Below are positions 51,229-62,137 of a stretch of 64,000 bases of DNA, in pieces. Source of the stretch: Fimicolochytrium jonesii (Eukaryota); NCBI RefSeq assembly GCF_025526975.1, contig NW_026515669.1:1364001-1428000 (forward strand), read 5' to 3'. How positions within the stretch are numbered: the first letter of the stretch is position 1; each line of letters opens with the position of its first letter. The position numbers were made by a program, and so were the translations under genes. The notes under the pieces are model-generated. The model was given only the letters and a program-made list of their open reading frames with translations. It had not been told where the DNA came from and ran no database searches.

Positions 51229-52453
51229 ATGTCTAACGTATCTGCCTCAATCACTTCCGGTTCTTTACCAGTCACTCTCCCTGCTTCGATTGTCCCTCCT
51301 TCCCCTTCCCCACCTGTCGCTCTCCCGTCGAGCAGCAACCCCATGGCACGTACGACGTTCCGAGTACTTACAGACGGCAAACCATTCAAGTCGGTCGCCG
51401 CCAGGCTCTTGGCTGCGCACGGCCTCTCCGTCGAAATGGAAAGGGTGGCCGAATACACCATAGTAAAGGTCGAAGGCCCAACGAGCGCTGTAAGAAGCGC
51501 TGTCGAAGAACTTCGCAGGTAGGTTTTCGCAACAGCTGCAGCTGTAATCAAAGCGATGAGCTAGCATACAATGGTAAAGCGTTCTCGTTATAGCTCCTTT
51601 TCCGACCTCCATTTCACCTTTGGGGTGATCGAGGAAGCTGCCGGCGACGAGATTATGACCGCCGCCCGGAACATGGTCTCGTCGCCGGCAGCTTCCTCGA
51701 AGAAGACCGCCAAGCACGGAAGCATCTTCCGGCACGGATCAAGCGGTAAGCTATTCCCTGAAGCAAATTGTGCAGTAACCCGTAGAACTCACACGGTGTG
51801 GCCTTTCTATAGGTGACATGGACCAAGCATATCTGGTGCAGCCTCCGCCGTCCTATGCGGCATCTGTCGGTCTCCTAGAGCGGATGTGGTCCTGGCCCAG
51901 CTACATCGGGAAGAGTGTGCCGGGCGGCCCCACCGTGCAGGCCGCTGTAACCGGGGCGGCGGTCGGACTTAGCTCGCTGGTTGGCGGCCCGGTGGCGGCC
52001 ACTTCCATGGTCGGGCCGGCTGGAAGATGGGCTGGGCAATTTGCGGTGAATGCCGCCCGCCCCACCGTCGGTGAGTCGAAGGGGTCTCTGCAAGTTACTA
52101 ACCGCATGAATAGGTAGCTTACCATTGAGTTTATATTTAGCCTTTGACGAACAGGCGACTCTGGCGGCGTGGCGCGCCTCAAAAGTGGTGGTCAGCGACC
52201 AGCTGGAACTTGCGCGCGAGCGCACGAAGCAGATGGGTGCAGAGGCCCAGGCCCGCATTGAAGAGGCTCGTGCTCGAATCGCCGAAGAAACGACAAAGCA
52301 GGCCGACTTGGCGCTGCAGCGGCTCCGCCTAGAAATGGAGCGCACGAAGCAGATGGAGAGGTACGCATTGAAGAGGCTCGTGCTGGAATCGCCGAAGAAT
52401 CGACGAAGCAGCTCCGCCTAGAAATGGAGCGGGAGTCCCGTCGCCACATTTAA
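51229..52453 (+). CDS. Orphan 4-exon gene (51229-51518, 51594-51745, 51813-52070, 52141-about 52453) with glycine-rich hydrophobic segment and repeated coiled-coil tail; tail possibly frameshifted
   Basis: Three canonical GT-AG introns preserve the frame. Stop is at 52421 in the current frame, or at 52453 if the second repeat copy is read in the frame of the first. Confidence 0.65.
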
Positions 52454-52865
52454 ACCCTTATGTAATCCATACGTAATACACTTAAAAACACAACACAAAG
52501 AATAGATTCCCTCTCCTCTCTTTCACAAAATAGCAACCTGAAGATTGTCGCCGTTTTTGTCCATGTCTTAAACCGTGGGCAATTCCAGAAGACAAAATTG
52601 CACCGCCACTGCGTAGGTGTTCGTTGCATTTCCGTTGCATTTCCTTTCTTTTATTGACCGTTGCCTTCCAACATCTACTGTCAGCTTGCCTCATGGCTAG
52701 AAAGAAATGGTGTACAAACGTCCCGCTGTTGCCGGGTGCTGTTCAGAGGATTGTTTCGTGAGGTAAACGCAACCGGCACATATCGAGTTTTGTTTCTTGG
52801 TATCTTCAAACCATCTTGTGGTCATGATTCTGTTTGGGGTATTAATCAATGTCGCACAATCGCTC

Positions 52866-54195
52866 CTACGGGAACACAGCTGTTTGATGCCCAGCAGCCT
52901 AATAGGTTCCCTCCAAGGAGGACCATAGACTACACGGGCAATACGACAAACTTCGGTACGGCGGGATTCCAGGACTCTAGGGTGGAGACCTTTGGGGGCG
53001 ACGAGACCGTGAGGGTGTACCTACCCCCCCCCCCCCCCCCCCCCCCACAGGCGCGCAGATTCTGACGATGAACGGGAACCAGACCGCGGGGCGGAAACGG
53101 AGACTCCATGAACAGGAACGTGTACAGCACGACGACGAGCGTAACATCGTTCACGGCCTCCACATACGTTTCCAACGGCGGGTTCAACTTTGTCTTCACA
53201 GAGTACACCCAGCAGGTCATTGTGGTGCGGCCAGACGGGACGACCACGGTGGCGGTTCGGCGGAAGCCAAAACGGCACCACCCAGTCCAAGTACTACGTG
53301 CACAACATCGTGTTCACGAAAGGCGCACCCAACATGGTGATCAAGATCAGCGGTGAAACGCTGCTCACGAATTCTATGGACTCGACGTCGGTCACTACGG
53401 ACTCGTTTAACACACCGGGCGGAGGGGGAATTGGGAAGACGCTGTACGTTGGAGGAAACGTCGAACCCTGGGTGTAGTTGTCCAAGGAACTCAACGAGCC
53501 CTGAATTTGGTGAACACATCAACCGGCGGAGCGTCGTGGGAATTACACAGCACGACCACCGGAGACACTGTCGGAGCGGGGTACCTGTCGCTCTTGAACA
53601 TCACTGGGGGCGGATCTTCTCCGGTGTTGTATGCGGCAAATGCGGATAACTCTGTTAAATTCTCATCGACGATCGACTCGACTTCGACCACAAGCGGCGC
53701 TCTTCAGGTTGTTGGGGGGCTCGGTGTTGCGAGAACAGTCGTGGCGAACAGGCTGGTCACTGCGGGTGGAGGTATCAAGTTGCGGACTGACACCTCGTTC
53801 TCCTCGTACGACTACTCCATCACCTACAACTACTCGGGCGACGCGTTGCATGTGCACATGTCGGGCGCGGCAGACTCATCGTCGAACCGGTTTCCAGTTC
53901 GGATACTACATGGGAGACGTCTTTGGGACATGGAACAGCCGGTTTGCGGTGAACATCTACACCGGAGACATTGCGAGCTCGGGTGCCCTTACCACAAATG
54001 CCACCGCAGGCAACGTGATAGGATACAACGGCAACTTGACCGCTTACAGCTCTCTAACGGCTCCCTTGACCATCTGCACCGGCGCAAACAACGCCATCGG
54101 AAATGTTTCCACCGTCCTACAATTGGCCACACAGGGTGTGGGGGGCTCGTCGGTAGCGGGCGTGGTCAACCTGAATCTCTCTAGGTACCCGACCT
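52866..54195 (+). pseudogene. Frameshifted relic of a virus/phage-type fibre protein (probable endogenous viral element)
   Basis: Intronless Thr/Ser/Gly-rich fragments over at least 4 frame changes, with two copies of a fibre-type repeat: DSTSVTTDSFNTPGGGGIGKTLYVGGNV and DSTSTTSGALQVVGGLGVARTVVAN. Ends approximate. Confidence 0.65.
53024..53046. repeat. Poly-C tract (23 nt) inside the fibre-like relic
   Basis: Homopolymer read directly. Confidence 0.9.
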
Positions 54196-54289
54196 CTAGC
54201 GATCCCTCTCCAAGCAGAAGGACGTCGCTGGCGTATCCGCTTGTACCCGCGAGCCGCCGACGTCCTTCTGGTTGGAGAGGGATCGCTAG
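54196..54289. repeat. Inverted repeat: 32-bp arms (1 mismatch) with a 30-nt spacer
   Basis: ctagcgatccctctccaagcagaaggacgtcg (54196-54227) versus cgacgtccttctggttggagagggatcgctag (54258-54289). Confidence 0.92.
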
Positions 54290-55604
54290 TGGACACTGCC
54301 GTCGCGAGGCTGTTTAAACTCGCAAATCCAAATAGCCTCGATGCGACGACGGTTGAGGAAAGCGACGATGACCCAATTGTACCGGCCGGAGACGCGGACG
54401 GCAAATTTGTCATTCACTCAACCCACCGCCCCTTCGTCGAGCGCAGAGTTCAGGATTCTTGTTGGACGTGCCCCCCTCCGCCTCATCCTCGCCCTCGCCC
54501 ATGCGTCGACGAGCCGAAGTGATCGCAGCGTCTCCCGTAACTACCCAGCTGGCACGAGTGGGGTCAGCGCTCGCCGTGGTTGCAGGCAAGGGAAATTGGA
54601 ATACCGCCCCGATGAAAGTCATTTTGAACGGCCAGCACGAGCGTACCGCGGTCCTACCTCCGTCAGTTCAAGGGAGGAAAGCCATGCGGACGGCAGTGGA
54701 ACGGCTCGTAGATCTTGACGTCGAAGAAGAGCGGATAGTGGACGTATACGTCAGGATGCCCCCGGGGAAAGAAGGGTTTAACACGGCGCCCACCATCTTC
54801 ACTCTCTATACCCGGGAGCAGATAAAAGATGGCTCCATTCTCTTCTCCTTCACCACCTCGAATCTCCATGCCCATGAAGAATTCGTGGAACAGAACTTGC
54901 CGGAATTTCTGGCGGCGGTCGCGGGTACCGGTACTCACACAGCGAGCGAGCATGGCTAACTCCACTTCGCGCCCCTCTCTAGCCTTCTCGCTCCTCACGA
55001 ATACGTTGAGATTGAAACGCTGCGCCTGAAATACGATAAACGCAACGCCCATCAGATCATTTAGATGGAGGAGCTGGGCGCCAAAAAGCGCGAATTTTAC
55101 ATCATTGCAGCTCTCTCCTGCGTGATTGCCTTTCTCCTGGGATACAATGAACAGTATAACAATGAACAGTTGATCATGTTCTGGCGGGACAATCCCTTCA
55201 ATTCAGCTATTGGTATTTCGACAGCGTGTACAGTCGGGAACAGTCCCGTCGTCACACCTGCACCGATCCGTGGCTTGAAACGGCGGCTGTTTTCAGAAGG
55301 ACATGGAAATTCGCCTTCGCGTCTAATCACAAACCAAAATCACGTCTAAAATCACGCCAACCCAAAATACGCCCACAGGCTCCCATGATATGTAGGGCCA
55401 AACTGCAACTCGGAGTGTTAATTGCCCATTAGCAGGTGCCACGCCAAGACGTCTAAAAGCAGTGGAGCGGGAAGACGCCGCGCCCATAAGCAGGGTCTGC
55501 CACATCATATGGATTTCGATTCCACTTCCGTTCGGGTTCTCCAAGTATAGCCTAAGAGGGAGCCATTCAGTCCCGAACCACGTCCGAATACCTACAGTTG
55601 AAGA

Positions 55605-57278
55605 ATGAAGACCAGCTTGCCTGCGGGCTTCGACTTCTTCGGGGCAACAGTGCCTGCTCAGATTAACTCGATTCGAGCCACTACCGCCGACAAACTGCCG
55701 TATGAGTTGGACTTGGAACTGCAAGAGTTCCTGAATCTGGAGCCGTCAGAACAGCAACAGCCGCAACAATACCCCGAAGCTTCGTCTCAGATTGACGTAC
55801 CGACAGATCTGTACTCCATGCATCCGTCACCCGCATTCACCGAATCATTGACCACAAATGAAGAACCGCCTTCCTCGGCTCTCGGGCTGGATCTTCTCCC
55901 GTTCTTTCCGATGATGGATTCGCTCGAATACCCCTTCGGCATCAACGCAGAGTTCGTAGGGGAACCGCGAACCACCGCTGAGAGCAACGAATCTAACAAC
56001 GCCGCTGATACAGTGTTGCCATTTGACCCGGAAGAGCAATTTGATATGAGCCAGCAGTTTGCCGACATTTTCAGCAGCGAACTTTCGGCTATGGATGCTA
56101 GCGCAGCTGGTGCCTTCTCGGAAGATTTTCCACCAAGCGTGTCCTCAGACGCAGATGCACATGAGCAAGCGAAGCCAGTTGCAGCTTCGGATAAAAACGA
56201 CACCCGTGTGAACAAGAAGCGTAGGCGATTGTCAAGTTCCGCATCGGACGCGGAAGTGGAGCTTGACGCAGATGCAGGGCAGGAGAACGAGATTCGGCCA
56301 GCTGCCTCGGAGGCTCCCGCTAAGACCAAAAAGAAAGCCACGAAAGTAAAGAAGGACAAGTTCTCGTTGGATAACATTGGTTACAGCCTAGAAGATCTTC
56401 GGCAGTTCGTCGAAGAGCTAGAAGCTGACGAATCGATAACTCCGAAAGAGAAGCGTCAGCTGCGTAATAAACTCTCTGCGAGAAACTTCCGAGTGAGGAG
56501 GAAGGAGTACGTGACACAATTGGAGGATCAAGCGGAGATGCTTCGGAAGGAAACAGTCGAGTTGAAAGCACAACTCGCTGCGAAAGACAAGGAAACCGAA
56601 AACTTGCGCAGGGAGCTGAAGGAGGCAAGAGATCTCTCGAACACCCTGTTGATGTTCAGCCAACCGATACCCGCACCAACACCTGCACCATTTCACCGTG
56701 TGCAGGACTTTGGTCATAGCGCTCAGCGGCTTCAGGTGCATTCCGTGCATATGCCAGTCGAACCACCAACCAGCCAAGCGTTGGCAGCGGCACCGAAGCA
56801 GCCAGTCAATCCCATCCCGAACGAGTATGTTCATGCTGGCAAAGAAGCTGCGACATTCGTCGACTTTGTTGCTCGCATGCCGCTCAGCGCTCCTCAGCCG
56901 ACAGCGGCCGGCGTGCTCCCCATCGCATCACAGCCAGCTTACACCACCAACATCCCGGCTCCCTGCCAACCGATTCGCCTTCCCACAAATCCGAAAGACA
57001 ACCATCTCCTGGAGGTCATACCAAAGCCCCAGGCGCTCGTGCCCAGGCCAGAGGCACTCAACTTCTCGCCAAAGCCATACACTTCAGCAGCTCTCCCATT
57101 CTCGAAAGAAGATGTTGTCCGAGCGGCATGGGAATCCATCAAGCTTGGTCACCTGCAAACCGTGCCCGGTCTGGATGCGTCCGTTGATGCAGCTGCGTTC
57201 GCTACCGGCACTCTTCTCGTGAAGGAAGTGTTGGCTCTTGCCGTCATGGCTGCAAGCGGAATGGTTACCGTTGTGTGA
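55605..57278 (+). CDS. bZIP transcription factor (intronless, 557 aa)
   Basis: KEKRQLRNKLSARNFRVRRKEYVTQLE basic region followed by a heptad zipper; acidic N-terminal region. Confidence 0.9.
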   Translation: MKTSLPAGFDFFGATVPAQINSIRATTADKLPYELDLELQEFLNLEPSEQQQPQQYPEASSQIDVPTDLYSMHPSPAFTESLTTNEEPPSSALGLDLLPFFPMMDSLEYPFGINAEFVGEPRTTAESNESNNAADTVLPFDPEEQFDMSQQFADIFSSELSAMDASAAGAFSEDFPPSVSSDADAHEQAKPVAASDKNDTRVNKKRRRLSSSASDAEVELDADAGQENEIRPAASEAPAKTKKKATKVKKDKFSLDNIGYSLEDLRQFVEELEADESITPKEKRQLRNKLSARNFRVRRKEYVTQLEDQAEMLRKETVELKAQLAAKDKETENLRRELKEARDLSNTLLMFSQPIPAPTPAPFHRVQDFGHSAQRLQVHSVHMPVEPPTSQALAAAPKQPVNPIPNEYVHAGKEAATFVDFVARMPLSAPQPTAAGVLPIASQPAYTTNIPAPCQPIRLPTNPKDNHLLEVIPKPQALVPRPEALNFSPKPYTSAALPFSKEDVVRAAWESIKLGHLQTVPGLDASVDAAAFATGTLLVKEVLALAVMAASGMVTVV

Positions 57279-58659
57279 ATTGCATCATTCGAACCCACCG
57301 CTCTTTGCCCGGGCCTCCGGCTTCAATTTGCACCCTGTCGAACACTCCGCACAGGTCCTTCTTGAGAAAATCTCCAAAACAATTTTGAAACCTTTCCGTC
57401 ATTCCTCATATGTTCATACTGTCTGTCCAATTATACCATCGTTCAATGTTTTCAATAGTCAGGCCGGTCATGGTGCGATTATGTTTGCAACCGAAGGCCC
57501 TCCGGGAGTCGCACTGCTCAATCATGAAAAGCAATGTCGAATGCCGGCAGAAGGTGGCGCAGCGGAGAAAAAAGTTGTTGGTTCAAAAGCTCCCCCTAAC
57601 CCCCCTGTTCGCAATTTTCCTCCAACTGGAACATCGGCAACGAGTGCCAAGATCGGCGCTTTTCTCGGACAGATACCTCATACTCCAGCGACTGCCACGA
57701 CGTAGCTGTCTTTTGTTGCGGGACTATGAAATGTCTGCTCGGTTTCCCTTTCCTCACCGACCGATTCCGAGAAAGGTTGTGCCCTAAGAGGTAGTGGTTT
57801 GTGGCACGGATAACTGCCATCGGCTTCCTCCGCTATGGTGCATGCGGTCAATCGACAGCGTTTGGTACATCTTCTCCATCCCCAGCACGATCTTTGTTTT
57901 CCGAGAGACCGCTATTTGAACAAGGTTGGTCGTTTGATCTTGGCCATGAACAAACTGCACGTTCAATGTCTCGGAAACTCTATCGTGTTGGGAAAACTGA
58001 GTCTTCCTTTCGCCCTTTGGGCGAAGGGGGATCATCGCTTCATCACTTTGTGGGCTTTTTTGCAGAGACCTCTTTGTTGAGGGCTTTGTGTTGTAAGATG
58101 ACCATCATTCGAAGTGGGACATTTGTCTTTGAAATACACATCCATGCACCATGTACTGTATGTGGGTCTGTCTCTGGTCATCGGACCTTAGTGAAGATCC
58201 AGAATATGTAGGTGCAGAGCCCGCATCGTTTTAGGGGTGCGGGGCCTGGATGCGGGCACCGGACTATTTTCATAGCGGTTGTACAGTATTGTCAAGCAGG
58301 CTACATCCTAAAACCGGCATTATTGGAGATGCGCCTGTCATTGGATACCATCGAGAGGGTGCATCGAGAGGGTGGAGGATGGATGATTCTGAGAGGAATT
58401 CTTCGACCGGCCGATGCACAGTACATCGGCCGGGACACTGACTTAAACTCGAGGAGAGACCGCTTTATGTCCCCTGACTATACTATCCCGATTTGGTCTG
58501 TTCGTGGGATCCGTCAGCGAAGACCGTTGGACGAGAGAGGTCAAGGCCGAAAGTCCTCCTACGTTACAGTGTGATGTGCAATTTACCACCTCCTTCCGGT
58601 TGGTAAGTTGCCCTAGGTGCACAGGCAGTCCCGTGAATTGGGGGGCCCCTATGCCTTGT

Positions 58660-58683
58660 GGGGGGGGGGGGGGGGGGGGGGGG
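58660..58683. repeat. Poly-G tract (24 nt), G-quadruplex-capable
   Basis: Homopolymer read directly. Confidence 0.9.
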
Positions 58684-59122
58684 TCCGTGTATGGACTGAT
58701 TGCGGCAATGATCCTGAGCAGGTTCTGAGCTCACTTCCACCTTGAAATCTATGGATGCAGAATACGGACCAGACGGATGCGCTTGAACTTTCCCCGTCCC
58801 ATCCTTCAGATCCATGGCGCAAAGCTCTCCAAACATCCGTACAGACACCCAGCTCATCATATGAAAAATTGGTATATTTCGAAATGGCAACACTAATAAG
58901 CGAACGGTTCCTATATACTCTGCTTGCAGGTCGCAGCGCAGATCTGTCCGACAACGAAACTATTTACATGCACTCCCTACGCCGCCTAGCGCCCCGTCTA
59001 GGCGCAGCTGATGAACTTGTTGAAAAGGTCTCACAAAATTATCCAGAAGGTCCTCCCTCCTGTGAAGGTCCACATTCAACAGGCTGCTAAGAGACACGAT
59101 CTACGTAAGACTTGGCTCGCCA

Positions 59123-60373
59123 TCATTCCTTCCCATGATCATCCCAACCCCTATCCTTCATGCACGCCATCGACTTGGCATTCGTCAACAAGGCACGATC
59201 GTCTTCGAAGTCTTCGTAAAAATCAGCTCCAGATACACGGTGGATCGATTCCTTGTCGCGCGGACTAGGAGGGTCCTGCGATTGCCAGACATATGTCTTG
59301 CATAATCTTGGCGGAAGGATTGTCCGGTCTTCCGATGGGCGGAAGCAAGGGGCTGCCGGCCTCACAGGCTTGGTGCCGAGGGGTAGCGGGTGTGGGTCCT
59401 CGAGATCTTCGTGGCTTGCTCGCGCAGATGGGGAGATTGAGTGGGTGGGAGACGGTGGTGGAGGGCTTTGTGATCTAACTTGGAGTGCAGGATGGGATAT
59501 TTGAGGGGACATGCGGATGTCGTCTTTTGCGACGCGGAGGGACTCCACATCCAGATCGACATGCGACTTGTTCGGGTCGTCGTGGGCGGCATTGTTGTGC
59601 GTAGACGCTGCCGAGTTTGACCGGCTGTGACCTCTGGTCAACGAGTGCAGCTTCTGGTCCACGTTCTCGTAAAAGCGTCGGATTCGGTAGGCGATGACAC
59701 TGATGCCGTGTTTTCGCTGCATCTTCCTCTCCTTGTAACCTGGGCGATTTCTCACAATCCACCGCCAGGTGAAGAATCCGGTCAAGAGGAAGATCAAGCC
59801 GAACACCGCACACAACCCCATGATAAGGGCAATATAGGAGCCGCCTTTAGATTTCGGAGGAGCCTGGATGTCTGTGCCATTGCTAGGAGCGGCAGCGATT
59901 GTGAAAGTCGCACCCAGATATGAGGAATTATAGTCAGATTGCCATGTTGCCAGCACGTATGAGGATAAAGCGGTAAGATTTGAAGGTATCCGGAAGGCTT
60001 GCTGGAGGGCGGGAACGGCAACATTGCGAGCTAGGTATGAGTTGTCCGGCGGACTGATTTGATGTTGGGACTCCCATATCGATCGATTTCCAGGGAGGAT
60101 GAAGAGGTCAAAGGTTTCTGGGGTGCCAGGGGCGGCGCTAGGAGCGGTGGAGTTGTCGACGGTCCACGACAGGAGAAGGTCCTGGCTAACGCTCACTTGA
60201 CCTGGGGTGCTATCGAAGTTGCAGGGACCGTTGTCGGCAGAGCCGGTACAGGTGACCTTCAGTGAGGATATCTGAGCAGCTCGGGTGAGGGCCGGCAGGA
60301 AAGACAGCGAGAATGCAACCGTCGCAGCCAGCTTCGCAAAGTGTCGCCTACTTGACGCAGCGCTCCGAGCCAT
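59123..60373 (-). CDS. Type I single-pass membrane protein of unknown function
   Basis: Signal-like LAATVAFSLSFLPALTRA, beta-rich ectodomain with N-glycosylation sequons, TM YIALIMGLCAVFGLIFLLTGFFTW followed by basic residues, Ser/Pro-rich tail. Confidence 0.78.
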   Translation of the reverse strand: MARSAASSRRHFAKLAATVAFSLSFLPALTRAAQISSLKVTCTGSADNGPCNFDSTPGQVSVSQDLLLSWTVDNSTAPSAAPGTPETFDLFILPGNRSIWESQHQISPPDNSYLARNVAVPALQQAFRIPSNLTALSSYVLATWQSDYNSSYLGATFTIAAAPSNGTDIQAPPKSKGGSYIALIMGLCAVFGLIFLLTGFFTWRWIVRNRPGYKERKMQRKHGISVIAYRIRRFYENVDQKLHSLTRGHSRSNSAASTHNNAAHDDPNKSHVDLDVESLRVAKDDIRMSPQISHPALQVRSQSPPPPSPTHSISPSARASHEDLEDPHPLPLGTKPVRPAAPCFRPSEDRTILPPRLCKTYVWQSQDPPSPRDKESIHRVSGADFYEDFEDDRALLTNAKSMACMKDRGWDDHGKE

Positions 60374-61336
60374 TTCAGGCCAGTTCCACCACTTGATCAC
60401 TTCGGGAAAGGGGAGCTTTCGGTGGGCAGAATTGCGCTCAGGGTATCAGCTGAGGCCGGGGGAGGTTCGCGACGTCACACTCGTCGACGTAAAGGCGTCG
60501 CTGCGCTCGTTCTGAACCGTACGCGGCGACTGCGGTAGTGAATGTACTCGAGAGAAGGACCGGCAAGACCAGCCCAAGGGGTGACAGCAAGCTAGACGCA
60601 ACAGGGTGCCAACGTCAGCCTAAGTTCACAGCCAGGGAAAGTAGGAATGCGAATGGTGACGTTTGCAGAGCGACGCGGGTGGTGCGCACTAACAAACGGG
60701 TTGCGAATGACAAAGTATCGGCAAGCTGAGGTGACTTTCTCCAAACAGCCAGCGCTTCTTATCTGAGTCTGGGGTTGGGAATGGGCTTGAGTGGTAGGCG
60801 TCAGAGGTATGTATGTATATGTAGAGTCTTCAGCTTGGGAGAGAAAACAAAGGCGAAAATTGGGCCCAAAAACGATCGTCCTGGTCGTGGTACGGTGCAC
60901 CCAGCAGACGGAGGGCTCACAATCATCAATCTCAGAATAGCGATATGACGGCTCCTGGAGAGTCTGGAGACAAGGCTATGGCCGCCTGTGGCCGCCCCAA
61001 GGGGTCTTTCTGTGACGGAAATTCGCCAGGAGATCATTCGACGCGCCCAGACCCAAGGAATACAACTTCTTGTCAACACGTCACGTGGAGAACAGCGGTT
61101 TTCAATTGACCTCCTTTCTCTGTGCAATGCGATGGTGAAAGACCGCTATCCGCTGTATTTTATGTTAGATAGGAGTACGGTTCTTCAGAAGCGACAGAGA
61201 CGGTACGACAAGAAATATGATTACGACAATTTCGGCTGAAAGTGATATGACATCGGGACGCAGAGGTCAGGTATACGATATGTTTAGATGAGGTCGAATA
61301 AATGACGGAATGAAAGCGGAATCTGTACTCTTTCGA

Positions 61337-62137
61337 TCAGATGGATTGAATCGACGCATGCTGGCGGCCGACAGATGGTATTCCAGCGAGCGAACACAGG
61401 CTATCAACATCATCAAGCAGCTGCTGAGCGCGCTTGACGAGAGCACGCTTCTTGCTTCGCACGCCTTCCACTACTCGGTTGGCAACTCGCGCTACTTCCT
61501 GATCAATGGCGGCGTCCGACCCAGAAGAGTATGTGAACAGACCTAGTATAGGCCAAGATGAGGCACTTGAAAAATGCTGGGATGTTGCGGTGGACGTGGC
61601 ATTATCCGCAACGTCGGCCGGGCGGACGGAATCGAGCTTCTCCAACACTTGTAACAGCAAGTTGTCGACGTCTCGCAGGCGACGGTCCACATCGGAAGAA
61701 CTAAGAGTTTCGCAGGACGCGGAGGATGGCGAGCGCGATGATCGCGGTGCTTTAGATGTAGGGGATGGAGTTCGCGACGAAGCTCTGGGAAGCGATGCTG
61801 CTTTTGTCGGAGAGCTGATCGATGCAGATGTGCTCGTTCTCGACACCGCCGGTCGTTGTTGTGGCCCGGCCTTTGGGCTACTCGCAAGGCTCCCATCCGT
61901 CCCCTCCAGAACCTGTCTCACAACGTTCAATCTCGGCTGTATCGTTTTCTCCAAATCCGCCTCGATCGATTTGAGCGATTCCCACGCCTTTCGTTTCTGC
62001 TCGCGAAGAGCTCGCTTGGAAGCTACCGCATTGTGGTCCGCGATGAGGTACTGAAGGCCATACGAAACGACCACACCCGTTGCGACGGTGCAAGCCACAC
62101 CGACAGCCAGCTTAAGAGCGAGGTTGAACCCACTCAT
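61337..62137 (-). CDS. N-terminally membrane-anchored BAG-domain-like protein (Snl1-like architecture)
   Basis: N-terminal hydrophobic helix; BAG-like helices VDNLLLQVLEKLDSV and VRSKKRALVKRAQQLLDDVD separated by Ser-rich inserts. Confidence 0.7.
   Translation of the reverse strand: MSGFNLALKLAVGVACTVATGVVVSYGLQYLIADHNAVASKRALREQKRKAWESLKSIEADLEKTIQPRLNVVRQVLEGTDGSLASSPKAGPQQRPAVSRTSTSASISSPTKAASLPRASSRTPSPTSKAPRSSRSPSSASCETLSSSDVDRRLRDVDNLLLQVLEKLDSVRPADVADNATSTATSQHFSSASSWPILGLFTYSSGSDAAIDQEVARVANRVVEGVRSKKRALVKRAQQLLDDVDSLCSLAGIPSVGRQHASIQSI

Noticed and set aside
53009..53050. GTGAGG...poly-C...ACAG as an intron rescuing the fibre-like gene
   Set aside because: Removing these 42 nt leaves the same frame, which stops at 53065.
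50599..55400. Intact Polinton/Maverick or other transposon with terminal inverted repeats
   Set aside because: No matching TIRs, TSD, integrase, polymerase or capsid ORF could be found by eye; only a relic is supported.
58755..59090. 111-aa ORF and similar protein-like fragments near 36750-37200 and 40730-40990
   Set aside because: They may be decayed genes, but no family motif or consistent splice structure was identifiable.
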